Source of the DNA: an uncultured Flavobacteriales bacterium
GTDB taxonomy: Bacteria; Bacteroidota; Bacteroidia; Flavobacteriales; JBLHRE01
Assembly: GCA_937139155.1 (NCBI GenBank)
Contig: CAKZPI010000037.1
Location: 68,195 to 132,194, forward strand
DNA length: 64,000 nucleotides
Direction of reading: 5' to 3'
Shown: positions 20,319 through 29,226 of the stretch, one piece after another
Numbering within the stretch: the stretch's first letter is position 1
Layout of the letters: each line of letters starts with the position of its first letter
Position numbers and translations under genes: made by a program
The notes under the pieces: model-generated
Seen by the model: the letters and a program-made list of their open reading frames with translations, nothing else
Told to the model about the DNA's origin: nothing
Database searches by the model: none

Positions 20319-21163
20319 AAGATCATTTTTTCAATGGGGCAGACTAGAATTCCTTGGGCACCTGCGGATTTCAGGGCTTGGATTTTTTCCCAGAATAAAT
20401 TTTCAGGAACCACTGAATGCATGCTAACCCACCCAGTTTCTTTCAAAGGAATTACCGTAGGAGACTTCATACCAGGAAGGATTTCTCCGATTTCATCAAC
20501 CTTAGATTCAGGAGCATTCAAAAGGATGTACTTAAAATCTTCTGCCGCCAAAGCCGCTTCAATTCGGAAGAGTAGATCCTGAACAATTCCGTTCTCAAGG
20601 GCCTCCTTTTTTCCCACCAGAAAAGCCTGCGACTTCATCACAGTAAAAACGGGTTTGAGCCCGTTCATTTTTAAGGTCGTTCCCGTAGAAACAATGTCGA
20701 ATACCCCATCCGCCAATTCAAGGGTAGGGGCAATTTCAACCGAACCTGAGATAAGCTCAATGCTGGCGTTTACTCCATTTGAGGAGAGAAAGTTCTGAAG
20801 AATATTGGGGTAGGAGGTGGCAATTCTTTTCCCTTGAAAAAAGGAAAGCCCTTTGAATTCGGCATCCTTAGGAATGGCCAAATCAAGCTTGCATTTACCA
20901 AAACCTAGGGCCTTGAGTTTTTCCAGTTCATAGCCTTTTTCTTCAAGGAGGTTTTCCCCCACAATACCAAGGTCTACAACCCCTTGGTCAATGTATTCAG
21001 GAATGTCATCATCTCGTAGGAAGATAAGCTCAATGGGGAAATTGATCCCATGGGCCATTAAGCCACCTCCATTGGTGAATTTAAATCCTGCTGAACTTAA
21101 TAGGTTCTTGCTTTTTTCAGAGAGCCGGCCTTTCTTCTGAATCGCGATTTTTAATCGATTCAT
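20315..21163 (-). CDS. hisG: ATP phosphoribosyltransferase, long form
   Basis: IAIQKKGRL, RDDDIP, IATSYP, GSVEIAP, C-terminal regulatory domain PG..SPT. Confidence 0.97.
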   Translation of the reverse strand: MNRLKIAIQKKGRLSEKSKNLLSSAGFKFTNGGGLMAHGINFPIELIFLRDDDIPEYIDQGVVDLGIVGENLLEEKGYELEKLKALGFGKCKLDLAIPKDAEFKGLSFFQGKRIATSYPNILQNFLSSNGVNASIELISGSVEIAPTLELADGVFDIVSTGTTLKMNGLKPVFTVMKSQAFLVGKKEALENGIVQDLLFRIEAALAAEDFKYILLNAPESKVDEIGEILPGMKSPTVIPLKETGWVSMHSVVPENLFWEKIQALKSAGAQGILVCPIEKMIL

Positions 21164-21210
21164 CTTGAATTTATTATGCCTAGGCCATCAGGGGGGAGTA
21201 TATAGAAATG

Positions 21211-21239
21211 AAAAACCCGCCTGATGACTCAGACGGGTT
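21211..21239 (-). terminator. Attenuator terminator of the his operon
   Basis: Minus strand AACCCGTCTGA-GTCA-TCAGGCGGGTT followed by a T-run. Confidence 0.9.
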
Positions 21240-21267
21240 ATTAAAATGGATTATATGCATACCATCA

Positions 21268-21324
21268 TCACCTCGCCTGAGCGGAGATATGATGATGATG
21301 TGTATTGAATAATTGCTTTTTCAT
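21268..21324 (-). CDS. hisL: His operon leader peptide MKKQLFNTHHHHISAQAR
   Basis: ATG 21324, four tandem CAT codons, TGA 21270-21268; lies between promoter and terminator. Confidence 0.9.
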   Translation of the reverse strand: MKKQLFNTHHHHISAQAR

Positions 21325-21332
21325 TTCGTGGG

Positions 21333-21365
21333 CAAATGTATGACCGAACTACGTTAAAAACCAAA
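21333..21365 (-). promoter_or_regulatory. his operon promoter
   Basis: Minus strand TTTG (21365-21362), 21 nt spacer, TACATTTG (21340-21333). Confidence 0.8.
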
Positions 21366-21460
21366 TCCTTGGATTTATTTCGTTGAAATCAATGTTTAAA
21401 CCCTAAACTATCAAAGGTTTAAAAAAAGGTCAAGTACCTAGTTCACCACCCATAAAACCT

Positions 21461-21468
21461 TACTTTTG
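21461..21468 (+). promoter_or_regulatory. -7 promoter element of the first SulP gene
   Basis: TACTTTTG 20 bp upstream of ATG 21489. Confidence 0.65.
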
Positions 21469-21488
21469 CCGCCCATTTTATCAAGCCT

Positions 21489-23081
21489 ATGAAAGCATTT
21501 ATCCAAAAGCGTTCTGAGAATTTAAGAAACGATGTATTTAGTGGATTGACCGTGGCTCTGGCCTTGGTTCCGGAAGCAGTAGCCTTTGCCTTTGTGGCTG
21601 GAGTACCTCCTTTGGTGGGGCTTTATGCTGCATTTATTGTGGGCTTGATTACCTCCGCCTTCGGGGGGCGCCCGGGAATGATTTCTGGGGCTACTGGAGC
21701 CTTGGCAGTTGTAATGGTAAGCCTGGTAGCCGAAGGAAATTCCATGGGGAATCCTGGTGAGAATATGGGGCTTTATTATCTGTTTTTGACCGTGATTTTA
21801 ATGGGCTTTATTCAGGTCATGGTAGGGGTTTTAAAGCTCGGTAAATTCGTTCGACTTATTCCTCACCCTGTAATGATGGGATTTGTAAACGGCTTGGCCA
21901 TTGTGATTTTCTTATCACAACTCGGTATGTTTACTGAGGTAGTAGACGGGGAAAAGGTTTGGATGACAGGTACCAATTTGGTTTTGATGATTGGATTGGT
22001 GGCCTTAACCATGGGAATCATGTTTTTCCTTCCCAAACTAAATAAGAAAATGCCCGAGGCATTGATTGCCATTTTGGTGGTCTCAGGTTTAGCCGTCGTA
22101 TTAAAATTAGATGCGTCTACCGTTGGATCTTTCATCCGTGATGGGGGAGGTGATGGACTGAAAGGTGGTTTTCCATTGCCCAAATGGGAGACCTTTGAAA
22201 AGGTTCCATTGTCATGGGAAACCTTGAAATTCATTGGTCCCTACGCCATTGTTCTAGCCGCCATCGGACTTATTGAATCTTTGATGACCCTGAATTTAAT
22301 TGATGAGCTTACCGAAACCCGCGGAAACTCAAACCGGGAATGTGTGGCCCAAGGGGGAGCCAATATCGTTACCGGAATCTTTGGAGGAATGGGAGGTTGC
22401 GCCATGATTGGTCAATCCATCATCAACATCAAAGGAGGAGGAAGAACCCGTGTTTCAGGAATTGTGGCAGCAGTTACCCTTTTGATTTTCATCTTATTTG
22501 CAGCCCCTTTGATTGAGCAGGTTCCCATTGGAGCCTTGGTAGGGGTTATGTTCATGGTGGTAATAGGAACCTTTGCTTGGTCTAGCTTCCGGATTCTACC
22601 GAAAATTCCTTTAAGCGATGCCATTGTTTTAATAACCGTATCGGCATTAACCGTTGTTTTCGACCTGGCCGTAGCCGTTGTATCGGGTATCATTATTTCT
22701 GCCTTGGTCTTTGCATGGGAAAACGCCAAGAAAATTCGCGCTCGTAAAACCATTTTGGAGGATGGAACCAAGGTGTATGAAATTTGGGGGCCCTTGTTTT
22801 TTGGTTCCGTTCAGGCCTTTAATTCAAAATTTGATGTGAAGAAAGATCCCGATAAGGTTATCATTGACTTTATGGAGTCAAGGGTTTCAGACCATTCAGC
22901 TTTGGAGGCTCTTTTCACACTAGTTGAGAAATACGAGGCAGCCGGTAAGTCGGTGAAGATTCGTCACCTAAGCGAAGAATGTAAACGCCTAATGGTGAAA
23001 GCATCTCCTAAACTTGAAGCCGTTATTGAAACCAGTGTAGAAGATCCAAGGTACCATGTGATGGCTAAGGCCATGGCCTAA
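21489..23081 (+). CDS. SulP/SLC26 family anion permease with STAS domain
   Basis: GLTVALALVPEAVAFA, GGRPGMISGATGA, NRECVAQG, GGCAMIGQS, GPLFFGS. Confidence 0.94.
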   Translation: MKAFIQKRSENLRNDVFSGLTVALALVPEAVAFAFVAGVPPLVGLYAAFIVGLITSAFGGRPGMISGATGALAVVMVSLVAEGNSMGNPGENMGLYYLFLTVILMGFIQVMVGVLKLGKFVRLIPHPVMMGFVNGLAIVIFLSQLGMFTEVVDGEKVWMTGTNLVLMIGLVALTMGIMFFLPKLNKKMPEALIAILVVSGLAVVLKLDASTVGSFIRDGGGDGLKGGFPLPKWETFEKVPLSWETLKFIGPYAIVLAAIGLIESLMTLNLIDELTETRGNSNRECVAQGGANIVTGIFGGMGGCAMIGQSIINIKGGGRTRVSGIVAAVTLLIFILFAAPLIEQVPIGALVGVMFMVVIGTFAWSSFRILPKIPLSDAIVLITVSALTVVFDLAVAVVSGIIISALVFAWENAKKIRARKTILEDGTKVYEIWGPLFFGSVQAFNSKFDVKKDPDKVIIDFMESRVSDHSALEALFTLVEKYEAAGKSVKIRHLSEECKRLMVKASPKLEAVIETSVEDPRYHVMAKAMA

Positions 23082-23407
23082 TTTTGAACAATATCTTGGT
23101 CAATGATTTCTTCATCTCCTAGAATCTGCTTCTTCTTAAACTGATTTTCTAAGAGCTTGTAATAGGCGTATGTAATACCAATGGCTACGGGAATGGAAAG
23201 AAACTGCAGGTAGAAGGGAATCTCCTCTTCAGCATATCCAAAAATCAAATCTCTGAGGATAAAGATGGCTGTGGAAAGTAGAATGGCTGCGGCATAATAC
23301 ATAAGTACCCCTGATAAACCGAAAAGCCAGGCGTTTTTCCGTTTGTATGTTTTTGCAAGCTTGTAAAATCCTCGGGCAGCGAGAATTACGAGAATAATTC
23401 CAATCAT
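23078..23407 (-). CDS. Small membrane protein, hypothetical
   Basis: 109 aa with 3 hydrophobic segments. Confidence 0.6.
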   Translation of the reverse strand: MIGIILVILAARGFYKLAKTYKRKNAWLFGLSGVLMYYAAAILLSTAIFILRDLIFGYAEEEIPFYLQFLSIPVAIGITYAYYKLLENQFKKKQILGDEEIIDQDIVQN

Positions 23408-23529
23408 AATGGTGAGTTTCGAGCCACAAATTAAGCCTATTTTTGAAATAGGGAGAATTTGAACTTTTCTTGAATTCTACTTAAGGCTGCATACTTTTTT
23501 CTTGGGCCTTCGTACTTAAAAGAAAAAAA

Positions 23530-23829
23530 ATGGCAAATTTTAAAGACGTGGTAGAAGGTGAGACACCGGTATTGGTTGACTTTTATGCCACTTGGTGTGG
23601 TCCTTGCCAAATGATGCCTCCCATTTTGGATGAGGTTAAATCGCATTTCAAAGACAAGGTTCGAATCTTGAAAATTGACGTTGACAAAAATCCAAAGGTG
23701 GCTGCCGCTTTTCAGGTTCGAGGGGTACCTAGCTTATTCATCTTTAAGAATGGAAAACCTGTTTGGCAAGAATCGGGTGTGATACCTGCCAGAAATTTAA
23801 TCCAGATATTGAACCAGCACTTGAACTAA
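23530..23829 (+). CDS. trxA: Thioredoxin
   Basis: VLVDFYATWCGPCQMM; VRGVP. Confidence 0.92.
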   Translation: MANFKDVVEGETPVLVDFYATWCGPCQMMPPILDEVKSHFKDKVRILKIDVDKNPKVAAAFQVRGVPSLFIFKNGKPVWQESGVIPARNLIQILNQHLN

Positions 23830-23833
23830 ACCC

Positions 23834-24058
23834 ATGAATACAATCAAAAAGAACCGCAACCTAATATTGGTTTTATGCCTGACTTTGGGTTTGGCCCCAT
23901 TTTATCCTGAACCCCATATCTGGGGTAAACTAAAATGGATTGCCGGGGGAGGAGTTGGCATGGAGTTCAAAGATTATTTTGACCTACTTTTCCACGGGTT
24001 CCCCTGGATTCTTTTGATCATTTGGCTTTCCCTTAAAGCCAAAGATTTGGCTAGATAA
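23834..24058 (+). CDS. Small conserved membrane protein
   Basis: LGLAPF.PEPH..GKL.W...G...D.FDL..HG.PW pattern; 4 bp after trxA. Confidence 0.7.
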   Translation: MNTIKKNRNLILVLCLTLGLAPFYPEPHIWGKLKWIAGGGVGMEFKDYFDLLFHGFPWILLIIWLSLKAKDLAR

Positions 24059-25247
24059 TTTCGGTTTCTACTTGTATGTTTCCGGTAAGGGTTTTGTGAA
24101 TCGGACATTTATTGGCGATTTCTTCGAGCCTTTTTCTTTGCTTCTCATCCAAATCTCCTTGAATTTTAATCTTTCGGGTAAGGACATCAATTTTATCTGC
24201 TGAACCTGAGTCTTCTGCATGTCGTTTTTCATGTAAGAGTTCAACTTCAACCGAATCCAGGGGCCATTTTTTGCGATCCGCATACATTCTTAAGGTCATG
24301 CCGGTGCAGGCACCCAATGAGGAGAGCAAGAGTTCATAAGGGGAGGGACCCTCATCACCACCCCCAAGGTCTTTGGGTTCATCAGCCACCCATCGATGGC
24401 TTCCTGCCAAAACCTCTGTATAATAAGAGTCGGTGGTTTGGGTGAAAACATTTTCATGTTCAGGTGGGTTTGATTTAGGATCTTCGGAGTCTAAATACCT
24501 ACTGCTCCATGCCGATACCACCTGCCCGATATACTGGGAGTCTTTTTGGTTTGAGAGCAAGTGATCAGCTCCGTCAAGGCTTACAAAACTTTTAGGATGC
24601 AAGGCCGCCGAGTAAATCTTTCGAGCATTTTCAATGCCCACAATTTTGTCATGGGGAGAATGAAAAATCAAGATGGGCTTTCTAAGGTCTTTGGTTACCT
24701 CTTCAGTAGACTTGGATGTAATGTCTTCTAAAAACTGTTTTTTAATGGTAAAAGGCCTTCCCCCAATATTTACCTGGGCTTCTTCTTTTTCATCAATTTC
24801 ATCAATATGGTCTTCAAACAAATGCTTGACGTGTTCTGGATTGGAGGGAGCAGCAAGGGTTACCAGGGCTTCCACCGTATCAATTTGAGCGGCGGCATGC
24901 AAAACAGCTGCCCCACCTAATGAATGGCCCATCAGAAGTTTTGGTCCCTCATGGTTTTCTTTCAGCCATTTGCTGGCTTGAATTAGGTCTTGAATGTTGG
25001 AGGAGAAATTTGTGTTTTCAAACTCTCCGGCTGAATCACCAAGGCCAGTAAAGTCAAACCGCAACACGGCAAAACCTGACGAAGTAAGGGCCTTGGAAAT
25101 GTTTTTTACCCCGAAAAAATTCTTGTTGCAGGTGAAACAATGGGCAAAAAGCACAAAGGCTTTTGGCTTCTCATCCGTTGGTAGGTCTAGGCGAGCGGCT
25201 AATTTCTCACCTTCAAGGTTATTAAATTCTATACGTTTTGATGGCAT
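24051..25247 (-). CDS. Bifunctional alpha/beta hydrolase - OsmC family protein
   Basis: FAHCFTC, GHSLGG nucleophile, DGADHLL; C-terminal LGAC...MYA.RK.W and CPIH. Confidence 0.93.
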   Translation of the reverse strand: MPSKRIEFNNLEGEKLAARLDLPTDEKPKAFVLFAHCFTCNKNFFGVKNISKALTSSGFAVLRFDFTGLGDSAGEFENTNFSSNIQDLIQASKWLKENHEGPKLLMGHSLGGAAVLHAAAQIDTVEALVTLAAPSNPEHVKHLFEDHIDEIDEKEEAQVNIGGRPFTIKKQFLEDITSKSTEEVTKDLRKPILIFHSPHDKIVGIENARKIYSAALHPKSFVSLDGADHLLSNQKDSQYIGQVVSAWSSRYLDSEDPKSNPPEHENVFTQTTDSYYTEVLAGSHRWVADEPKDLGGGDEGPSPYELLLSSLGACTGMTLRMYADRKKWPLDSVEVELLHEKRHAEDSGSADKIDVLTRKIKIQGDLDEKQRKRLEEIANKCPIHKTLTGNIQVETEII

Positions 25248-25379
25248 ATTGGAAAAATTCTTTTTTATCAGGAAATTTGCACCCGAAAATTAGGGCTTAG
25301 TAAGCTACGTAAAAATCGCCGGTAAGGGCAAAGAAACCTAAACCGGTAAACGAACGTAGTTGAAGCCATAGATCAGAGG

Positions 25380-25724
25380 ATGAAAAGATATAGAACATAT
25401 ACCAGTCAGTATTGGATGAATGCCATGGGGCAATTCCTGCTGTGGTCGTTTTTTCTTTTCACCGTTTTTGCCATTGCGCCCCAGTACGTTCAAGACCAGC
25501 AAGAAGAGGTGATTGAATGGCTGGCTGGAACAGAAGAAGGCGACTATGAAGATTCGGATTCTTCCCGGACTGGAAACCAGACCGTAGAGGAAGAAGATGA
25601 GGTCAGTCATCCAAGGTTCCGCTTGCATGAGCTGGCCATCCTTTGTGAATTCATGGAGTCTCATGTAATTTACCCCGATGAAGACTTGAGTCATAGTCTC
25701 ATTTCCCCTCCTCCCGAAGCATAA
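25380..25724 (+). CDS. Hypothetical protein with N-terminal hydrophobic segment, acidic middle and C-terminal SPPPEA; upstream of SulP-CA
   Basis: 114 aa ORF ending 73 bp before the SulP ATG. Confidence 0.65.
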   Translation: MKRYRTYTSQYWMNAMGQFLLWSFFLFTVFAIAPQYVQDQQEEVIEWLAGTEEGDYEDSDSSRTGNQTVEEEDEVSHPRFRLHELAILCEFMESHVIYPDEDLSHSLISPPPEA

Positions 25725-25797
25725 TTCGATTTCTTGACCACCCATTTTTAAACTTCCTTCCCAGAAGGAGGTAATGTATTATTCTAATTAAAATTTT

Positions 25798-27450
25798 ATG
25801 AAATCGAATTTCATTGGGCGTTTTTTTGCCCACTCTAAGTATGATATACCTGCATCCATTGTAGTATTTCTGGTTGCTCTTCCTTTATGTTTAGGAATTG
25901 CTTTGGCCTCTGGAGCCCCCTTGTTTGGCGGCCTAATTGCCGGAATTGTTGGGGGTACTGTGGTAGCCCTTTTATCCGGCTCTAGCCTGGGCGTATCGGG
26001 TCCGGCTGCAGGTCTTGCTGTAATTGTTCTTACCGCTATAGAAGACTTAGGAAGCTATGAGATTTTCCTCTTAGCCGTTGTTATTGGCGGACTTTTCCAA
26101 TTGATACTAGGCTTTTTACGAGCTGGAGTTATTGGGTATTATTTCCCGAACTCAGTGATTAAAGGCATGCTTGCCGCCATTGGTATCATCATTGTTCTCA
26201 AGCAGCTTCCTCACGCCGTTGGATATGATGGAAATCCGGAAGGAAACCTTTCTTTTTGGCAAACGGACGGAGAGAATACCTTCAGTGAATTGGTGAATAT
26301 GCTTGCTTATATTTCACCCGGGGCCTTGGTGATTACCTTGATTAGCTTGGCCATATTAATCCTTTTTGAAAGGCCTTTTATCAAGGACCATAAAACATTC
26401 AAATTTGTTCCGGGTCCGCTTATTGCCGTATTATTAGGGGTAGGTCTCAACATGGCTTTCGCCGGAAACCCTTATTTCAGCTTAAAGGCTGAGCAAATGG
26501 TTAAAATACCGGTGGCAGAATCGTTTGCAGGATTTTTCAGCCAGTTTACCTTCCCAGATTTCAATCAATTATCCAATCCAAGCATTTACATCACGGCCAT
26601 TACCCTTGCCGTAGTAGCTAGTTTGGAAACCTTGTTATGTGTGGAGGCGACCGATAAATTGGATCCTCAGAAGCGAGTGACCCCAACCAATAGAGAACTT
26701 AAAGCTCAAGGGGTAGGTAATATGGTTTCAGGATTGGTAGGAGGACTTCCGATTACCCAGGTAATTGTACGAAGCTCTGCCAACATTCAATCTGGAGGTA
26801 AAACGAAAGCCTCAGCTTTCATTCATGGTTTATTGTTGTTGGTAACGGCTATGGCCATTCCCAATATCTTAAATATGATTCCTTTGGCCAGTTTGGCTGC
26901 CATCCTATTTTTGGTGGGGTATAAATTGGCGAAACCAAGCTTGTTTAAGGAAATGATCTCAAGAGGAAAGGCTCAGTTTATTCCATTTGTGGTAACCATT
27001 GTTGGAATTGTGATGACTGACCTTCTGATTGGTATTATGATTGGATTTGCAGTGGCCATTGTGGACATTCTTTATAGAAACTTTAAAACCCCTTATCATT
27101 TCAGCTCTGACTCGTATGAAAAGGGAGAGCCCATTACCATTCAATTGGCAGAGGAAGTTTCTTTCTTGAACAAGGCCTCCATTCAAAATACCTTGAATCA
27201 GATTCCTAACGATACTCAGGTGACCATTGACGGGACAAAAAATAGAACCATTCATCCGGATGTGATTGACATTATTCATGATTTCACAGAGAATGCTAAA
27301 ACCCGTAATATTGAGGTGATTCTGAGCAATATCAACGATAAACCCATCCCTGATCCGGTGGGTGATTTTGGAGAGGTGGTTCTCGATGAGCCGAGCTTCA
27401 AAAAGCGGAATCCTAAGCTTGCTAAAATGATTTATGAACATAAAGAATAA
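25798..27450 (+). CDS. SulP family anion (likely bicarbonate) transporter
   Basis: VVFLVALPLCLGIALASGAP, VSGPAAGL, NRELKAQG.GN, VIVRSSAN; STAS-like FLNKA. Confidence 0.94.
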   Translation: MKSNFIGRFFAHSKYDIPASIVVFLVALPLCLGIALASGAPLFGGLIAGIVGGTVVALLSGSSLGVSGPAAGLAVIVLTAIEDLGSYEIFLLAVVIGGLFQLILGFLRAGVIGYYFPNSVIKGMLAAIGIIIVLKQLPHAVGYDGNPEGNLSFWQTDGENTFSELVNMLAYISPGALVITLISLAILILFERPFIKDHKTFKFVPGPLIAVLLGVGLNMAFAGNPYFSLKAEQMVKIPVAESFAGFFSQFTFPDFNQLSNPSIYITAITLAVVASLETLLCVEATDKLDPQKRVTPTNRELKAQGVGNMVSGLVGGLPITQVIVRSSANIQSGGKTKASAFIHGLLLLVTAMAIPNILNMIPLASLAAILFLVGYKLAKPSLFKEMISRGKAQFIPFVVTIVGIVMTDLLIGIMIGFAVAIVDILYRNFKTPYHFSSDSYEKGEPITIQLAEEVSFLNKASIQNTLNQIPNDTQVTIDGTKNRTIHPDVIDIIHDFTENAKTRNIEVILSNINDKPIPDPVGDFGEVVLDEPSFKKRNPKLAKMIYEHKE

Positions 27451-27454
27451 GTGT

Positions 27455-28093
27455 ATGAACCTAGAAGAAATCAACTCAAAAGTAATGACCGCTGATACCC
27501 AAAAGGGTATTAGTCCTGATGACGCATTGGCCATTCTTAAGGCCGGTAACCAACGATTTCTAGAGAAGAAAATGATTCCTAGAAACTTGAATGGCCAAGT
27601 AGAAGCAACCGGAGGAGGACAAGCCCCTTTTGCTGCTGTAGTAGGTTGCATTGACTCACGGGTGCCTGCTGAAATGGTATTTGATCAAGGTATCGGTGAT
27701 ATTTTCAATGCCAGAATAGCTGGAAACTTTGTGAATAACGACATCCTAGGAAGTTTAGAGTTTGCCTGTAAAGTAGCCGGATCAAAATTGATTTTGGTTT
27801 TGGGCCATACCTCTTGCGGGGCAGTGAAAGGAGCCTGTGACGGAGTTGAGCTGGGTAATTTGACCGGAATGTTGGAAAACTTAAAGCCAGCCCTTGATTC
27901 AGTAGATGAAAGCGGAGATCGCTCAGCGGCTAATCCTGGTTTTGTACAGAAAGTAGCAGATGCCAACGTTAAATTAACCTGTCAGGCCATCCAAGACGGT
28001 TCTTCCGTATTGAAGGAAATGGTTGACAATGGCGAGATCAAAGTTGTTGGAGGAATGTATGATGTGAAATCTGGAAAAGTAACTTTCTTTTAG
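27455..28093 (+). CDS. Beta-class carbonic anhydrase; start ATG 27455
   Basis: L..GN.RF, GCIDSRVP, GDIF..R.AGN, LGHTSCGAV zinc ligands. Confidence 0.95.
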   Translation: MNLEEINSKVMTADTQKGISPDDALAILKAGNQRFLEKKMIPRNLNGQVEATGGGQAPFAAVVGCIDSRVPAEMVFDQGIGDIFNARIAGNFVNNDILGSLEFACKVAGSKLILVLGHTSCGAVKGACDGVELGNLTGMLENLKPALDSVDESGDRSAANPGFVQKVADANVKLTCQAIQDGSSVLKEMVDNGEIKVVGGMYDVKSGKVTFF

Positions 28094-28120
28094 TCAGACC
28101 TTATCCATTTATAATTCAAG

Positions 28121-28147
28121 AAGCCACGGGAAACTGTGGCTTTTTTT
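28121..28147 (+). terminator. Intrinsic terminator
   Basis: AAGCCACGG-GAAA-CTGTGGCTT followed by a T-run. Confidence 0.85.
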
Positions 28148-28190
28148 ATGGCCTATGTAGGACATTCATAAATCACTATTGTGGCTTGAA

Positions 28191-29129
28191 TCATTGAATG
28201 CCAATTATGTTTAAATCCGATTTCTTGTATTTGGTGGTAGAGAGTTTAGGGTTCACCTTTGATTGAATAAAACCCGTTAAGGCATCGATGCTTCTTTGCC
28301 GGTGATGGACCTTTCTACTGATGATTGAAATTTCCCTTACGGGGATGGGAGGCAGGAAAGGTTTCACCCTTTTCTTTTCATTTCCAGGAAGGTCACGATA
28401 GAACAATTCAGGAATTAATGTAAAGCCTCCAAAAGAGCGGGTTAAATGCATAAGACTTTCAAAAGAGCCTCCTTGAACGGAAAGGCGCTGGTTCATTTCT
28501 GAGCCTGCCTCCATTTCACATAAGGTCATGGCCTGGTTTCGAAAACAATGCCCTTCCTGTAAAAGCCAAATATTTGAATCCTTTAATTCATTCCCGCCAA
28601 TGAAGTCTTTGTCTTGGCTATGCTCTCCATAAACCATCATGGGTTCGTAATAGAGAATATGCTCTTCAATGTTTTCTTCGTAAAGTGGAGTGGCTAAAAT
28701 TCCTAAGTCAATTTGGTCCAGTTTAAGCTCATCAAGAATGGCCTCGGTGGTTAATTCGGTTATGCTCAATTCTAAATTTGGATGGTCTTCCATTATGTCT
28801 GGTAAAATTAGGGGCAGCAAAGAATTGGCAATGGTGGGTATGATGCCAAGCCTTAGTTTGCCTTTTAACCCTTCGAAGCTTTGATTCAATTCATACATTG
28901 AATTTCGGGCCAATAAGGCCTCTCTTGCATGAAGAATCCAGGCTTTTCCAATATCGGTTGTCTTTACCGGATGCCTGCTTCGATCAAATAAGGTATAGCC
29001 CAATTCTTCTTCAAGCTTTTTAATCATGGCGCTTAAGGTGGCTTGGGTTACATTACAAGCTTCTGCCGCCTGACCGAAGTGATTCAAGCGGTCGACAGCC
29101 ATGGCATATTCAATCTGTTGAAAATTCAT
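28191..29129 (-). CDS. oxyR: LysR-family hydrogen peroxide sensor
   Basis: HTH QATLSAMIKKLEEELG; GHCFRNQAMTLC with the redox Cys pair; divergent from ahpC. Confidence 0.88.
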   Translation of the reverse strand: MNFQQIEYAMAVDRLNHFGQAAEACNVTQATLSAMIKKLEEELGYTLFDRSRHPVKTTDIGKAWILHAREALLARNSMYELNQSFEGLKGKLRLGIIPTIANSLLPLILPDIMEDHPNLELSITELTTEAILDELKLDQIDLGILATPLYEENIEEHILYYEPMMVYGEHSQDKDFIGGNELKDSNIWLLQEGHCFRNQAMTLCEMEAGSEMNQRLSVQGGSFESLMHLTRSFGGFTLIPELFYRDLPGNEKKRVKPFLPPIPVREISIISRKVHHRQRSIDALTGFIQSKVNPKLSTTKYKKSDLNIIGIQ

Positions 29130-29130
29130 T

Positions 29131-29167
29131 ATAGATAGTTTCTATCAAAGGTATAGATTATTTCGTT
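29131..29167. promoter_or_regulatory. OxyR operator
   Basis: ATAG-N7-CTAT-N7-ATAG-N7-CGTT, matching the canonical ATAG/CTAT repeat. Confidence 0.8.
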
Positions 29168-29189
29168 TTTAGCTATGAGTATGAGTGCC

Positions 29190-29197
29190 TATTTTTG
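29190..29197 (+). promoter_or_regulatory. -7 element of the ahpC promoter
   Basis: TATTTTTG 29 bp upstream of the ahpC ATG. Confidence 0.7.
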
Positions 29198-29226
29198 CGG
29201 TGTTAGAAATTTAAAAACAAATAGAT

